Source of the DNA: Methanomassiliicoccaceae archaeon
GTDB taxonomy: Archaea; Thermoplasmatota; Thermoplasmata; Methanomassiliicoccales; UBA472
Direction: 5' to 3'
Length of the DNA stretch: 60,370 nucleotides
Assembly: GCA_003135935.1 (NCBI GenBank)
Contig: PNBI01000101.1
Location: 1-60,370, forward strand
The notes under the pieces were generated by a model. The model made no database searches. It saw only the letters and a program-made list of their open reading frames with translations, and was not told the origin of the DNA. The position numbers were made by a program, and so were the translations under genes. Shown one piece after another: positions 1-9,930 of the stretch (its first letter is position 1; every line of letters starts with the position of its first letter).

Positions 1-60
1 TTATCATTTTCGGTATCGAGATGCTAAGGGCTTTATCATCCAACTCGTCTCGCTTAAAAC

Positions 61-171
61 ATGGAATCAGGTGTTCGCAAACAGAGAATATTTCGACCCA
101 TGCAATTGGTAATACTCTCTTCTGCGGTGATCCTAGGCCTAGTAGTTTTACTACTCAAGTATTACCTTTAA
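61..171 (+). CDS. possible small single-pass membrane peptide (36 aa), not in ORF track
   Basis: ATG at 61 to TAA at 169-171 reads MESGVRKQRIFRPMQLVILSSAVILGLVVLLLKYYL: basic N-terminus plus hydrophobic helix. No homology recognised. Confidence 0.3.
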   Translation: MESGVRKQRIFRPMQLVILSSAVILGLVVLLLKYYL

Positions 172-465
172 TAAATTAGGTCGAGCCCCACCTCATTCTC
201 AGCCTTCGCAACTCCTTTTCGTCTGCAATAAACATGATGCGGCACATCATAATTCATGTCAGCAAGCTTGACGCAAACTATCAGATTCCCTATGTTGGAT
301 GAGCCCTAATCACTAAGACCGGGCAGGAAGCGAATCTTACAACCTTCTCCGCGACGCTTGCGAAAATCGCAGATCAGCTTCAAACCTCTTCCTTATTCTT
401 CATCTATCTCGGATTGATGCTTCATCAGGTTGCTATGCAGCACAAGAATTCCTTGGCGTCTCGGC

Positions 466-1239
466 TTATTCCTCAAAGATGAAGCTCCGATGCGAAATAG
501 AGCCGTGCTGGAAGCCTTCGTGAATACATCGGAGGTTATCATTCTCCCTCCTCATTCCTAGGATGTAGATCATCGGAAGATAGTGCTCTGTAGTCTGGAA
601 AGCACGACGGCTAATAGGGTCCCTTTCGAAATGCACCAGCGTTTCTTGGCTATTTTCTTCGATTGCCTTCCATTGCATGGCATCATAATCCTTGGCCCAG
701 TCGAAAGGTGCAGTATCCCATTCCTGTTTTAGCTCCCTGAAGGTGTGAATGAGGTTCCCACTGCCAACAAACAGAATGCCCTTGTCCCTGAAATCCGAAA
801 GCGTCTTTCCCAGCTGGCGATGTCTTTCGGGGCTTAAGCTCATGTCCAGGCTCATCTCTACCACAGGTACATTGGCATCAGGAAACAGATGGATCAGTGG
901 AATCGTAGCAGCATGGTCGATGCCCCATTCATTGGAGACCGAAGCATTCGTGTTTGAAAGAGCGTTGACCAGGTCCTTGGCCAACCCAGGGTCTCCCCGT
1001 GGCTCGTATTTCGCATCATAGAGCCTCTTTGGAAATCCGTAGAAATCGAAGATTTGTTTCGGCCTATCATCAACCGTGAACTGCGTTCCGCTGGTCATCC
1101 AATGAGCTGAGATGAGGACAATGGCTTTGGGCTTATCCAACTGATCGCGTAACATCCTTAGGTCCTTCGTGAAGGGATTATCCATGATCAGGTTGAAAGG
1201 GGAGCCGTGACCAATGAACAACGCAGGCATTCTGGGCAT
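466..1239 (-). CDS. 4,5-DOPA extradiol dioxygenase-like protein (LigB/YgiD family)
   Basis: MPALFIGHGSP, ISAHW, DFYGFP, WGIDH, GSGNLIH, EHYLP motifs. Confidence 0.9.
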   Translation of the reverse strand: MPRMPALFIGHGSPFNLIMDNPFTKDLRMLRDQLDKPKAIVLISAHWMTSGTQFTVDDRPKQIFDFYGFPKRLYDAKYEPRGDPGLAKDLVNALSNTNASVSNEWGIDHAATIPLIHLFPDANVPVVEMSLDMSLSPERHRQLGKTLSDFRDKGILFVGSGNLIHTFRELKQEWDTAPFDWAKDYDAMQWKAIEENSQETLVHFERDPISRRAFQTTEHYLPMIYILGMRRENDNLRCIHEGFQHGSISHRSFIFEE

Positions 1240-1577
1240 ATGGAACAGACAATTTGATGAAGGGTGATAATGCTATTTGTTGAGAATCGAGAAGGAACGA
1301 TGGAAACATCTCCGACCTGGAATAAAGTAGAGGAAAGGATTTCGCCCGGAAAATCAAATAGCATATTCTTCGTTTTGATCTTAGCAAATTGATAATAATC
1401 TGGATGATCCGCGATGGGCTTCACCGACGATAGCAAAGCCAATTTCATCAAAAGGCAATGAAGAGAAGGAGATAAAATGCTGGGCCATTCAAGGTGCTTT
1501 CTCGGATGAATCGGCATCTTCATCGACCCGAATAAGAAGAAAGAGAGGGTAATGCGTTTCTGGAATTCAAGCCAGTT

Positions 1578-1886
1578 CTATTTCTTGACCATGGCGAGAG
1601 TCTGTGTGTCGGTGACCAGCGTCTTCATCACACTGGTTTGAAAGGACATAAGGGCCATCATCTCAGGTTCATTCGAAAAGGCCATCAGGTTATCCATGCT
1701 TGGCGTATCGTAAACAGCAAACGTTGTATGGGTTGGGGGGTTGACCCAAACGCCAACGATCTTTATCTTATGCTTTGCTGCCAACGATTTCCGCTTTTCA
1801 AATGCGGTTAGCATTACATCTTTGTATTTTGTTTCGAAAGCGGGACAATTCTCGGGACTATGTTTCGATATATCCATTACCAACAT
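1578..1886 (-). CDS. small dimeric alpha/beta-barrel protein (DUF3303/GYD-like)
   Basis: HSPENCP...IKIVGVWVNPPTHTTFAVYD pattern; start set at ATG 1886 (MLVMDISK). Confidence 0.6.
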   Translation of the reverse strand: MLVMDISKHSPENCPAFETKYKDVMLTAFEKRKSLAAKHKIKIVGVWVNPPTHTTFAVYDTPSMDNLMAFSNEPEMMALMSFQTSVMKTLVTDTQTLAMVKK

Positions 1887-2457
1887 TTCTTGCACCTTCT
1901 TTCCTTCCCATCCAAGAAAACTTGGCATTATCGCAGCTAAGTATTTTTGCATCATAGCGTGTTTACCGACAAATGAAAGGAATGGGTTCTACCCATCTCC
2001 CAGAGCCCAAACCTAACCGTCTCCCTATAAGTTCTGGGCTTATGCCTGGATCTCGGAATTACTATAATGAATTCTAACAATACCTGATTTGGTGGTTTAT
2101 CACGGGAGAAATAGAGCTTGCCGAGGACTCCTATCCTAACAGTTATTTCAGGAAGGACGCAAAATATCGGGATAATTTTCTTACAGGTGAATGTGAGATT
2201 TTGGGGCTTGTTTGCAACGTTCACGATTGCAGAGCATGCTCCTTTGCCACGGCATACATGATCAACAATAAGGATTGGCGGAATGGTTGATTTGCTGGTT
2301 AGCAAAAATGGATGTGCCTTCGAAATACGTCCACTACTAGATTAAAAAGCAAATCGGTCTTATCCATTTGCTTATCCAATGGGGCTGAGCGATAGGTCAT
2401 TCCATCCGGTCTCATTTAATGAATTTTGCACATGATGGTTTGGGAAGTCAAGAAATG

Positions 2458-3312
2458 TCAGAGTCTCTCGAGAATCTGCTTTCTTTTTTCCTCATACTCT
2501 TGCTTGGAGATCAGCCCCTTCTGCATTAGTTCATCGAGTTCCTTGAGCCGGTCCTGAGCGTTAGCTGGAGTCATTTGAGGCATCGGCTGATTGACTATCA
2601 TGACTGGTGTAGCGCCAGGATGGATTATAGCGCTGGCCACTTTGACCACTTCAAAGGGTTTTCCTACGTTCTCCCAAGAAACTGCTCCACCAGTCATCAG
2701 TTTGATCCCCGGCGACTCGTAGTCTATGCCTCCCTTCTCACCAGCGGTTGCGAAGTAAATGTCACCAAACCCGAATATCCTTTCATACCATGGTTCCATC
2801 ACCGTAACGTTCTGGATCTTGTCCACCCCGATATCCGCGTAATGGAGTGTGAAGATGCCATAGCGAGTGAGGACCCGGCGATCCGTGATCACGAACATCA
2901 CCCGGCTCAGGTAGATGTAGTTACCGAACAAGGTCAGTATGGCAAACGCCAGTGGTATAAGGAACCAATACCATCCGATGCCACTCTTATCCAAGACCGC
3001 CCAGACGGCGATGGCGATGCCGGCCAGACCGCCGATCAGTCCAATGCGCCTCTCCGTCGGGATCATTAGGATGCAAACAAAGACGGCTATGCCAATAGCC
3101 AGCAGGTTCGCGCGATCAGCGTTGTACAAGGCCATGCAAGTAAGGTAAATTAAAGAAAAGGCAGTTAACAGAAGTCCTCTTCCCAAGATGTATATGGCTG
3201 CTGGCTTGCCTTGCCATTTAACCGTCTCGCCACCAGTCAGATAGTCTGACGGCGGCGAACCGCTAGCTATTCGAGATACCACCGAGCTGCCCTTTGATTT
3301 CGCCATCTTCAT
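2458..3312 (-). CDS. membrane protein with bacterial PH domain and C-terminal SHOCT domain
   Basis: Four hydrophobic helices; ITDRRV...IQNVTV...ERIFGFGDI (bPH_2); RLKELDELMQKGLISKQEYEEKRKQIL (SHOCT). Confidence 0.85.
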   Translation of the reverse strand: MKMAKSKGSSVVSRIASGSPPSDYLTGGETVKWQGKPAAIYILGRGLLLTAFSLIYLTCMALYNADRANLLAIGIAVFVCILMIPTERRIGLIGGLAGIAIAVWAVLDKSGIGWYWFLIPLAFAILTLFGNYIYLSRVMFVITDRRVLTRYGIFTLHYADIGVDKIQNVTVMEPWYERIFGFGDIYFATAGEKGGIDYESPGIKLMTGGAVSWENVGKPFEVVKVASAIIHPGATPVMIVNQPMPQMTPANAQDRLKELDELMQKGLISKQEYEEKRKQILERL

Positions 3313-3691
3313 CCAACCTCATGCATTCGTCCTTATCATCGAACGGCATTGACCGTCTTGTTAAGGCTACTTAGGGGAATGATGACGTGACCATGTTATT
3401 AGGATTTGGACACCCGGTTGAAGGCGATCAACGATTACATCTTGTTTTGACGAGAGCAAATAGGCAGCAATCTGGATAAGGCGCGGTAGCGGCGATAGCA
3501 TCCTCGATCAATGTGACTCGCACATCAATCCAATTGGTTTAAGTATAGGTCCTCTGGACGGCGAAGAAGCTTGGTTCTTCTTATCTAGCATATATCCCCC
3601 AGACTCTAGCAATCGAAATGACAAAAGTTTAAATCTCCGCCCTGTTTCATAAAGCGTCAAGCTCGGAATCCTAACGAGTCATCAACGCAAG

Positions 3692-6600
3692 GTGGGCATG
3701 GGCAGGATGAAAAAACAATACATTAGACATTTAACATGTTTCGGTATACTGTCCATGCTCCTGATCGGAGCGCTCCTTATCGTTGCCACGGACGCATTAG
3801 CTGCAGATCAGCAGGATGGGGATTATCTCTATTCAATTGATGCCGGTAATGCCAATATCACGGGATATACTGGCGCTGGCGGACCGATCGTGATCCCCTC
3901 AATATTGGGTGGCGTGTATGTAACAGCTGCCATCGGAGACCACGCGTTCTTCCAGATCGCCTCGCTGACTTCGGTGATCATACCTAACAACGTCACATAT
4001 ATCGGGGAGGGGGCTTTCGACCAATGCGTCAATCTGACCTCCGTGACCTTAGGTGATGGCATAACAATCATCGAAGATCATGCGTTCGCCAACTGCAGCT
4101 CACTGACATCGATAGAATTCTTAGGTCTCACTTCTCCAGTCATTGGAGGGGTCAATTGGACGATGGGTGCGCCCGGCACGATCCTAGGCCACGCATACGC
4201 CGATTCTAATTTCCCCGCCCCAGGGGAGGCATTCAATGGGCTGATCATGGGTGATTTCATACCGACAGCCCCTGGCGTCCCGACGGGGCTCATCGCCACT
4301 CCCAGCAACGCCCAAGTGGTTCTGACCTGGACAGCCCCTGCCGATGATGGCGGAAGCGCCATAACTGGATACAATGTCTACCGTTCCGACACCGAGACTG
4401 GAACATACTTGCTGATCGATTCGCCAACCGGACCTGCCTACACTGATTCCGGAGTGACTAACGGTCAGACCTATTGGTACGAGGTCAGCGCTGTCAACGC
4501 CATCGGAGCGGGTGCGAGGACCGCACCATCATCGTCCGTCCCTTTCACCGTTCCTGATGCCCCCACCGGGCTTATCACCACGGCTGGCAATGGCAACGTC
4601 AGTCTGAGTTGGACCGCTCCTGCCTTCGATGGCGGGCGGGGGATAGATTACTACGTCATCTACCAGGATAGCGTCCCCTTAACAGGTCATCCGACCGGCC
4701 TTTCGACCGTGATCACCGGCCTGACCAACGGGCAGCCTTACTTCTACCGGGTAAGCGCCGTGAACGCAGCGGGAGAGGGCCTGTTGTCGGCTGAGGCTTC
4801 GGCCACACCGGCCACCGTGCCGACAGCCCCTATCATCAGTTCTGCAACCGCTGGCAATTCCAATGTGACCTTAGTCTGGTCCGGACCATCAACTAACGGT
4901 GGCGCCCCCATCACCAACTATAAGGTTTACCGTAGCATCACCTTAGGCGGAGAAACGTTCCTCAACACGCTCGGGAACGTACTCACTTACACCGACACCA
5001 TGCTAACCAATGGCCAAACCTATTACTACAAGGTCACTGCGGTCAATTCTGTTGGGGAGGGGCCGCAGTCAAATGAAGCGTTTGCTTCCCCCGCAACCGT
5101 TCCGACCGCTCCTCGTGGCCTACGAGCTGTGGTCGGGGACTCGATGGTTCACCTGAATTGGACCGTGCCTTCGTACACTGGTCCTGGAACGATCACCTAT
5201 CATCTGTTCCGCGACAGCATCCCGATATGGAACGGATCGGGACTGAATCACGAGGATTCAGCCGTTACGAATGGCATTGCCTATTCTTATGAAGTCTCGG
5301 CGAACAATAGCATCGGTTGGGGACAGAACAGTACCATTGTCCAGGCCACTCCGTTGTCAGATGAGCAGAGACCAACCGCCCCAAAGAACCTCACGGCAAC
5401 AGCTGGATTGGGGAATGTGACCCTGACCTGGGACGCTCCAGCGCATAGCAACGCGTCCGCCATTTCTGGATACATGATTTCTTATGGCTTCTCAATGGAC
5501 TCGCTCACTAATCAAATCACTTGGAATCAATTGGTTTACGTTCTTGACGGCTTGACCAAGGGAACGACTTATTACTTCAAAGTGGCCGCCCAGAACAGCG
5601 CAGGCTGGGGTGTGAACTCGAGCGCCAAATCTGCCACGCCGTTCGGCGTTCCTTCCGCACCTCTTGGCTTGGGGGCGATCGCTGGCAACGGCTACGTCCT
5701 CCTGAACTGGACCGCGCCAAGCTATATTGGGCCAAGTCCGTTGACATACCGCCTGTTCCGCGACGGCTTCCCGATTTGGAACGGCACCCTTGTCGCATAT
5801 TTGGATATGCCGTTGGCCAAGAACGTATCGTTCTCATACCAGCTGGCGGCCGCGAACTCGATCGGCTGGGGACCCAATTGCACGGCAGTCGCCGCTACTC
5901 CGTTCGGTGCACCAGATGCCCCGTGGGGATTGAGCGCGACACCGAGCGATGCGAGCATATCGCTGAGCTGGAATGCAGTGAACTATTCCGGCCCCGGGGC
6001 ATTGATCTATCATCTGTTCCGAGATGGCGCATTGGTCTGGAGTGGGGCTGGGACCAATCATAGCGATAACGGCCTCATCAATGGCCAGAAGTATATTTAC
6101 AGTGTGACCGCTTCCAACTCACTGGGTTGGGGCGAAAATTCATCCATCGTGTCATCAGCCCCGCAAGGACGGCCGACCGCTCCGACGGGATTGCAGGTCG
6201 TTGCAGGAAGCAACTACGTCCAGCTCAATTGGTCCGCTCCCACATATGCCGGACCGGGGACGATCACATACCACCTGTTCCGCAATAGCACATCGATTTA
6301 CAACGGAACTGAAGCGGGATATAACGATACATCAGTGGTGAACTTCGTCCACTATTCCTATCAAGTGGCGGCCGAGAACTCGATCGGCTGGGGTCCGAAC
6401 AGCTCCGCCATCCAGGCAATGCCGCTGCCAAGCGGAATGAAGCCGACCGCCCCAAGGGGTCTTGTGGTGGTGCCTGGCAATAGGAACGCTACCTTGACTT
6501 GGAGCACGCCGCTTTACAGCAACGCATCTGCCGTATCTGGGTACATGATCTCCTATGGCACGGCTCCGGATTCGATGCCAAGTCATATTACCTTGAACCA

Positions 6601-7372
6601 GCTGGTCTACATCGTGCATGGCTTGGATAAGGCCGTGACGTATTACTTCTCAGTGAAGGCGCAGAATAGGGCAGGCTGGGGCGATAGCTCAGACATCGGA
6701 TCTACCACGCCGTTCGGCGTTCCCGACCAACCGACGAACCTGTCGGCGTTAGCAGGTAATGCGAGCGTTGACCTGAGTTGGAACGCACCATCGTACTCTG
6801 GCCCCGGGGCATTGACCTATCATCTGTTCCGCGACGGTATCCTTGTCTGGTCGGGGAGCGAGCTGGCATACAATGATACGGGGCTGGCAAACGGGCAAGA
6901 GTATTCGTACAAAGCCTCGACCAGCAACGATGTTGGGAGGGGACCGAATTCGACCGAGGTTCGGGCAACTCCCTTTGCGCCGGTGGCGCCCGGACCGCCG
7001 GAAAACTTCAATGTGACAGTAGGTAATGGGTTCGTTGATCTTGCTTGGGACCGCCCAACGCTTAGCGGCACCTCGCGGGTCACCGGCTATAATGTCTACA
7101 AAGGCGAGGACGCCTCTCACATGACGTTCTTGGCGACGGTGACATCCGCGACTTCTTACAAAGACTCCGCAGTATTGAACGGGCATCAATATTGGTATCA
7201 GGTATGCGCAGTAAGCAGCGTTGGAGAAGGCCCACTGACCGGGGTCCTAAGCGCCCAGCCGCATGCACCAGATGTCCCAAATGTTATAGATTGGTATACC
7301 TTGACCCTATCGGCAGTTGCCGGCGTCATAGTAATAGGGATGGCGATATCCTATCTCAGATCGCGCAAATGA
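3692..7372 (+). CDS. cell-surface protein: signal peptide, BspA-type leucine-rich repeats, 11 fibronectin type III domains, C-terminal membrane anchor
   Basis: LTSVIIPNNVTYIGEGAF LRRs; repeated PxAPxxLxAxxGxxxVxLxW...YxYxVxAxN FN3 units; terminal TM helix followed by RSRK; many NxS/T sequons. Confidence 0.92.
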   Translation: MGMGRMKKQYIRHLTCFGILSMLLIGALLIVATDALAADQQDGDYLYSIDAGNANITGYTGAGGPIVIPSILGGVYVTAAIGDHAFFQIASLTSVIIPNNVTYIGEGAFDQCVNLTSVTLGDGITIIEDHAFANCSSLTSIEFLGLTSPVIGGVNWTMGAPGTILGHAYADSNFPAPGEAFNGLIMGDFIPTAPGVPTGLIATPSNAQVVLTWTAPADDGGSAITGYNVYRSDTETGTYLLIDSPTGPAYTDSGVTNGQTYWYEVSAVNAIGAGARTAPSSSVPFTVPDAPTGLITTAGNGNVSLSWTAPAFDGGRGIDYYVIYQDSVPLTGHPTGLSTVITGLTNGQPYFYRVSAVNAAGEGLLSAEASATPATVPTAPIISSATAGNSNVTLVWSGPSTNGGAPITNYKVYRSITLGGETFLNTLGNVLTYTDTMLTNGQTYYYKVTAVNSVGEGPQSNEAFASPATVPTAPRGLRAVVGDSMVHLNWTVPSYTGPGTITYHLFRDSIPIWNGSGLNHEDSAVTNGIAYSYEVSANNSIGWGQNSTIVQATPLSDEQRPTAPKNLTATAGLGNVTLTWDAPAHSNASAISGYMISYGFSMDSLTNQITWNQLVYVLDGLTKGTTYYFKVAAQNSAGWGVNSSAKSATPFGVPSAPLGLGAIAGNGYVLLNWTAPSYIGPSPLTYRLFRDGFPIWNGTLVAYLDMPLAKNVSFSYQLAAANSIGWGPNCTAVAATPFGAPDAPWGLSATPSDASISLSWNAVNYSGPGALIYHLFRDGALVWSGAGTNHSDNGLINGQKYIYSVTASNSLGWGENSSIVSSAPQGRPTAPTGLQVVAGSNYVQLNWSAPTYAGPGTITYHLFRNSTSIYNGTEAGYNDTSVVNFVHYSYQVAAENSIGWGPNSSAIQAMPLPSGMKPTAPRGLVVVPGNRNATLTWSTPLYSNASAVSGYMISYGTAPDSMPSHITLNQLVYIVHGLDKAVTYYFSVKAQNRAGWGDSSDIGSTTPFGVPDQPTNLSALAGNASVDLSWNAPSYSGPGALTYHLFRDGILVWSGSELAYNDTGLANGQEYSYKASTSNDVGRGPNSTEVRATPFAPVAPGPPENFNVTVGNGFVDLAWDRPTLSGTSRVTGYNVYKGEDASHMTFLATVTSATSYKDSAVLNGHQYWYQVCAVSSVGEGPLTGVLSAQPHAPDVPNVIDWYTLTLSAVAGVIVIGMAISYLRSRK

Positions 7373-7458
7373 AGGAACGCCAGACCATCTTCTTAGAGCA
7401 TATTCTTGGAATCGATCCATTGAGCGGATTAGAGGCCATCAGTTCAAACGACGAACCT

Positions 7459-8031
7459 CTAAAGGTCGAATTCGATGGATCCGCCGAGGATTCTTCGGTT
7501 GACATGTTCCTCCCATGGAGTGATCACATCACGACCGCCTTCTGGCCTTCTCCCCAGTTCAAACAAAGCGGTCTCAAGGTCCGACAGCGATTGGAAGAGG
7601 TGGATCCTTCTCTTCACATCCTGATAGCGGCCCAGTATGACATCCTGAATTTTCCGGCGGACGTCCTTCGCCTCGAAGACGAATATGCGATCGTCAAGTT
7701 CTCCTCGACCAGCACCGCAGATCAAATAATCATAGTCCAATGACGGGAAGCGCCAATCCAAAGCCATCCAACCATAGGACAGAACGGACGTCGGACGATA
7801 GTCGTACTTCAGAGAAGAATATCTGATGCGGATTACCTTCTTTGCCCAGTCCACTCCGTTCCGGGTTCCCGAGATTATCCGATAGGTCGGTGCATGACCA
7901 GGCAATTTCTTATATTTCATTCCAAGCTCGTCCAGATTATCCAATATCACTGCCTGGCACTTACTTGTCAGCTCCCATTTTGAAGTTTCTTTCCCCATCC
8001 AAATACCGAGACACCTAGGGAGAGTGGTCAT
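7459..8031 (-). CDS. hypothetical protein, possibly restriction-endonuclease-like fold
   Basis: 190-aa ORF co-oriented 26 nt downstream of the CHAT-like gene; alpha/beta pattern (YDYLICG...RIFVFEAKDV); no clear catalytic motif. Confidence 0.55.
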   Translation of the reverse strand: MTTLPRCLGIWMGKETSKWELTSKCQAVILDNLDELGMKYKKLPGHAPTYRIISGTRNGVDWAKKVIRIRYSSLKYDYRPTSVLSYGWMALDWRFPSLDYDYLICGAGRGELDDRIFVFEAKDVRRKIQDVILGRYQDVKRRIHLFQSLSDLETALFELGRRPEGGRDVITPWEEHVNRRILGGSIEFDL

Positions 8032-8057
8032 TTAACATTATGCTCCGGAGACCATGC

Positions 8058-8591
8058 TCAAGTCCAAAATTGAAAGCCGCCTTTTGCCTTGCCTTTCAGG
8101 ATCGTGTTCGTCCTGTCCAACGCTCCTTTCGGTGTGTAATTTTTGTGCAGGACGAGATAGTAGAAATTGATGAACCAAACGGCTGAATCGATGAATTCGA
8201 CATCATGCACCGGGGCGATGACTCGTGACGCACCAGTAGTCTCCATGAACTCGCTGACGAAGTTCGTGCGGCTCATGCCGCAAGCCGACAAAGTCACCGT
8301 CTGCCGAGAGAAGCAACCCTCGGGAAATTCCTCAGGGCGAATGCTCCCCTGAGGCAAGTTGATCGATTCGCTATCATCTCCGCCATGAGCCGAGATATGC
8401 ACGAAATCGAACTTCTGGAGGTCACGCTTGCCCCCGAGGTAGTTCGACATCTGCGATTTCGATCGAATCGCATGGGTATGAATAGCTTCTGGCTCAGTCA
8501 TCCTCAGGAAGCTCGATAGCACCAAGCTCTCATTGAACTTCTCCGACCGGGGGATGCACTCGATTATCAACAGTCTTTTGTTTCTAGCCAC
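8058..8591 (-). CDS. stand-alone CHAT/caspase-like (clan CD) cysteine protease domain protein
   Basis: DFVHISAHG and VTLSACG motifs match the His/Cys catalytic dyad; followed by GASRVIAP...V...SAVWFINFY. Confidence 0.75.
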   Translation of the reverse strand: MARNKRLLIIECIPRSEKFNESLVLSSFLRMTEPEAIHTHAIRSKSQMSNYLGGKRDLQKFDFVHISAHGGDDSESINLPQGSIRPEEFPEGCFSRQTVTLSACGMSRTNFVSEFMETTGASRVIAPVHDVEFIDSAVWFINFYYLVLHKNYTPKGALDRTNTILKGKAKGGFQFWT

Positions 8592-8770
8592 GTCCCATCA
8601 CTTCAACTATTCGAATCATTGGTAATTCGTATCTGGAGTTTGAACTAAGGAATCGATGCTATATCGCCTTTTCTTGAGACCGATAGCTTAGTTGCAAGGC
8701 GATTCCCGCGAGCATCTGATCTAAGGACGGGTTCCTTGGGGCTCCGATGGGTGCAGGGATTCGGATTCGC

Positions 8771-9442
8771 CTATAGCTTGCTGCCACACTCCCCGCAGAA
8801 TCTTGTGCCCGGAGTGTTCTTCGCGCCGCAGTTCTTGCATTCCAGCATCCCCAGTGGTGCGCCGCAGTTGTTGCAGAATTTGCCCTGCCCCGCCGGCTTG
8901 CCGCACTTGGGGCAGATCGTCTGTCTCGAATCGATCTCGCCGGTGAATACCTGGGTCTGCTGGGCCTTCTCCTGGATATCCTGCTTCATCTTCTCGGCCC
9001 GGGCGGCCGAGACCTCCACTGCCTCACGTGGCGCGTCATCAGTGCAGAGCTGCGCCTCCTCATTCCAATCATTGTCGCAGACGTACTTGTGGCAACGCGG
9101 GCAGCGCTTGAAATGGCCTTTGGCTTCATTGCTGGCCTGCTCGAAAACCACCTCATGCTCCTTATGCCACTCTGGAGACATGCCCGAATACTTGCTTGAC
9201 AAGATGTCCGTTCCATATTGGGAGGCTTGTCCGATGTTGTATTTGCCGGTGAGGGACCCGACCGCTCCAGCTGCCTTCCCGAGTCCTGATAGCAGCCCCT
9301 TCTTCTTGTAGGTCTTTGACTCCACGAAGCTGGTCTTGAAACCCTCCCTGCATATGTCGCAGAAAAAGGTGAATTGGAATCCAGCCTCAGTGCTATTGTC
9401 CTCCATGTTCGATGTGAACGATATCAGCTTCCCATTGCTCAT
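8771..9442 (-). CDS. zinc-ribbon/double-zinc-ribbon protein
   Basis: CDIC, CPRC...CDNDW, C-terminal CPKC/CNNC/CKNC/CGEC. Start MSNGKL at 9442 overlaps the upstream stop (ATGA) after a GGAGGGAG SD. Confidence 0.85.
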   Translation of the reverse strand: MSNGKLISFTSNMEDNSTEAGFQFTFFCDICREGFKTSFVESKTYKKKGLLSGLGKAAGAVGSLTGKYNIGQASQYGTDILSSKYSGMSPEWHKEHEVVFEQASNEAKGHFKRCPRCHKYVCDNDWNEEAQLCTDDAPREAVEVSAARAEKMKQDIQEKAQQTQVFTGEIDSRQTICPKCGKPAGQGKFCNNCGAPLGMLECKNCGAKNTPGTRFCGECGSKL

Positions 9443-9774
9443 TTGCTCCCTCCATATAGCGGCTTTCCGCATTTGATGCAATTCTGACCCATCGGTGCCT
9501 GTGGGGTCTTGCATTTCGGGCACGTTACCTGCAATCTCGCTCCGCAATGCTCGCAATAGTCGCCAAGGAAAGTGCTTTGGCTGCAGGAAGGGCAACTAAC
9601 CATCAAAGGCAATCCGCAGCTCATGCAGGCCTTCTGTCCAATTTGGATTGGAGCACGACATTTGGGGCAGCGAAAACTATCCGTGGGGTTCACCTTGCCG
9701 CACCAAGGGCAAACCCTTGCATCGGGGTCCACCAATTGATCGCAGTATTTGCACGGCTTCTGATAGCCAACCAT
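9439..9774 (-). CDS. multi-zinc-ribbon (DZR) protein
   Basis: Eight CxxC pairs in 111 aa; GGAG upstream. Confidence 0.85.
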   Translation of the reverse strand: MVGYQKPCKYCDQLVDPDARVCPWCGKVNPTDSFRCPKCRAPIQIGQKACMSCGLPLMVSCPSCSQSTFLGDYCEHCGARLQVTCPKCKTPQAPMGQNCIKCGKPLYGGSK

Positions 9775-9930
9775 GATTTGATTCTCCGGTATGGACCGTC
9801 ACCCAACGATCCACTTTCCATTGCCGACAATAACTGTGCGGCCAATTATAATAAGTTTCCATAATTTACCATTAACAGATAATCTTGGTGATGGTCATCG
9901 ATCATCGAGCAGGCTGATCGCTTGTCCTCC

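Noticed and set aside
1952..2450. AT-richer intergenic stretch with a 117-aa ORF
   Set aside because: No protein motif, repeat or stable structure recognised by eye.
3692..7372. DNA repeats in the FN3 gene as a CRISPR array or DGR template/variable pair
   Set aside because: Repeats are degenerate, in-frame protein-domain repeats; no spacer structure, cas genes or reverse transcriptase in the window.
8736..9311. 191-aa plus-strand ORF with repeated PQ/PH-x-L motifs
   Set aside because: Antisense mirror of CxxCG codons of the zinc-ribbon gene; the same applies to 46984-47211 and to most short overlapping ORFs in the track.
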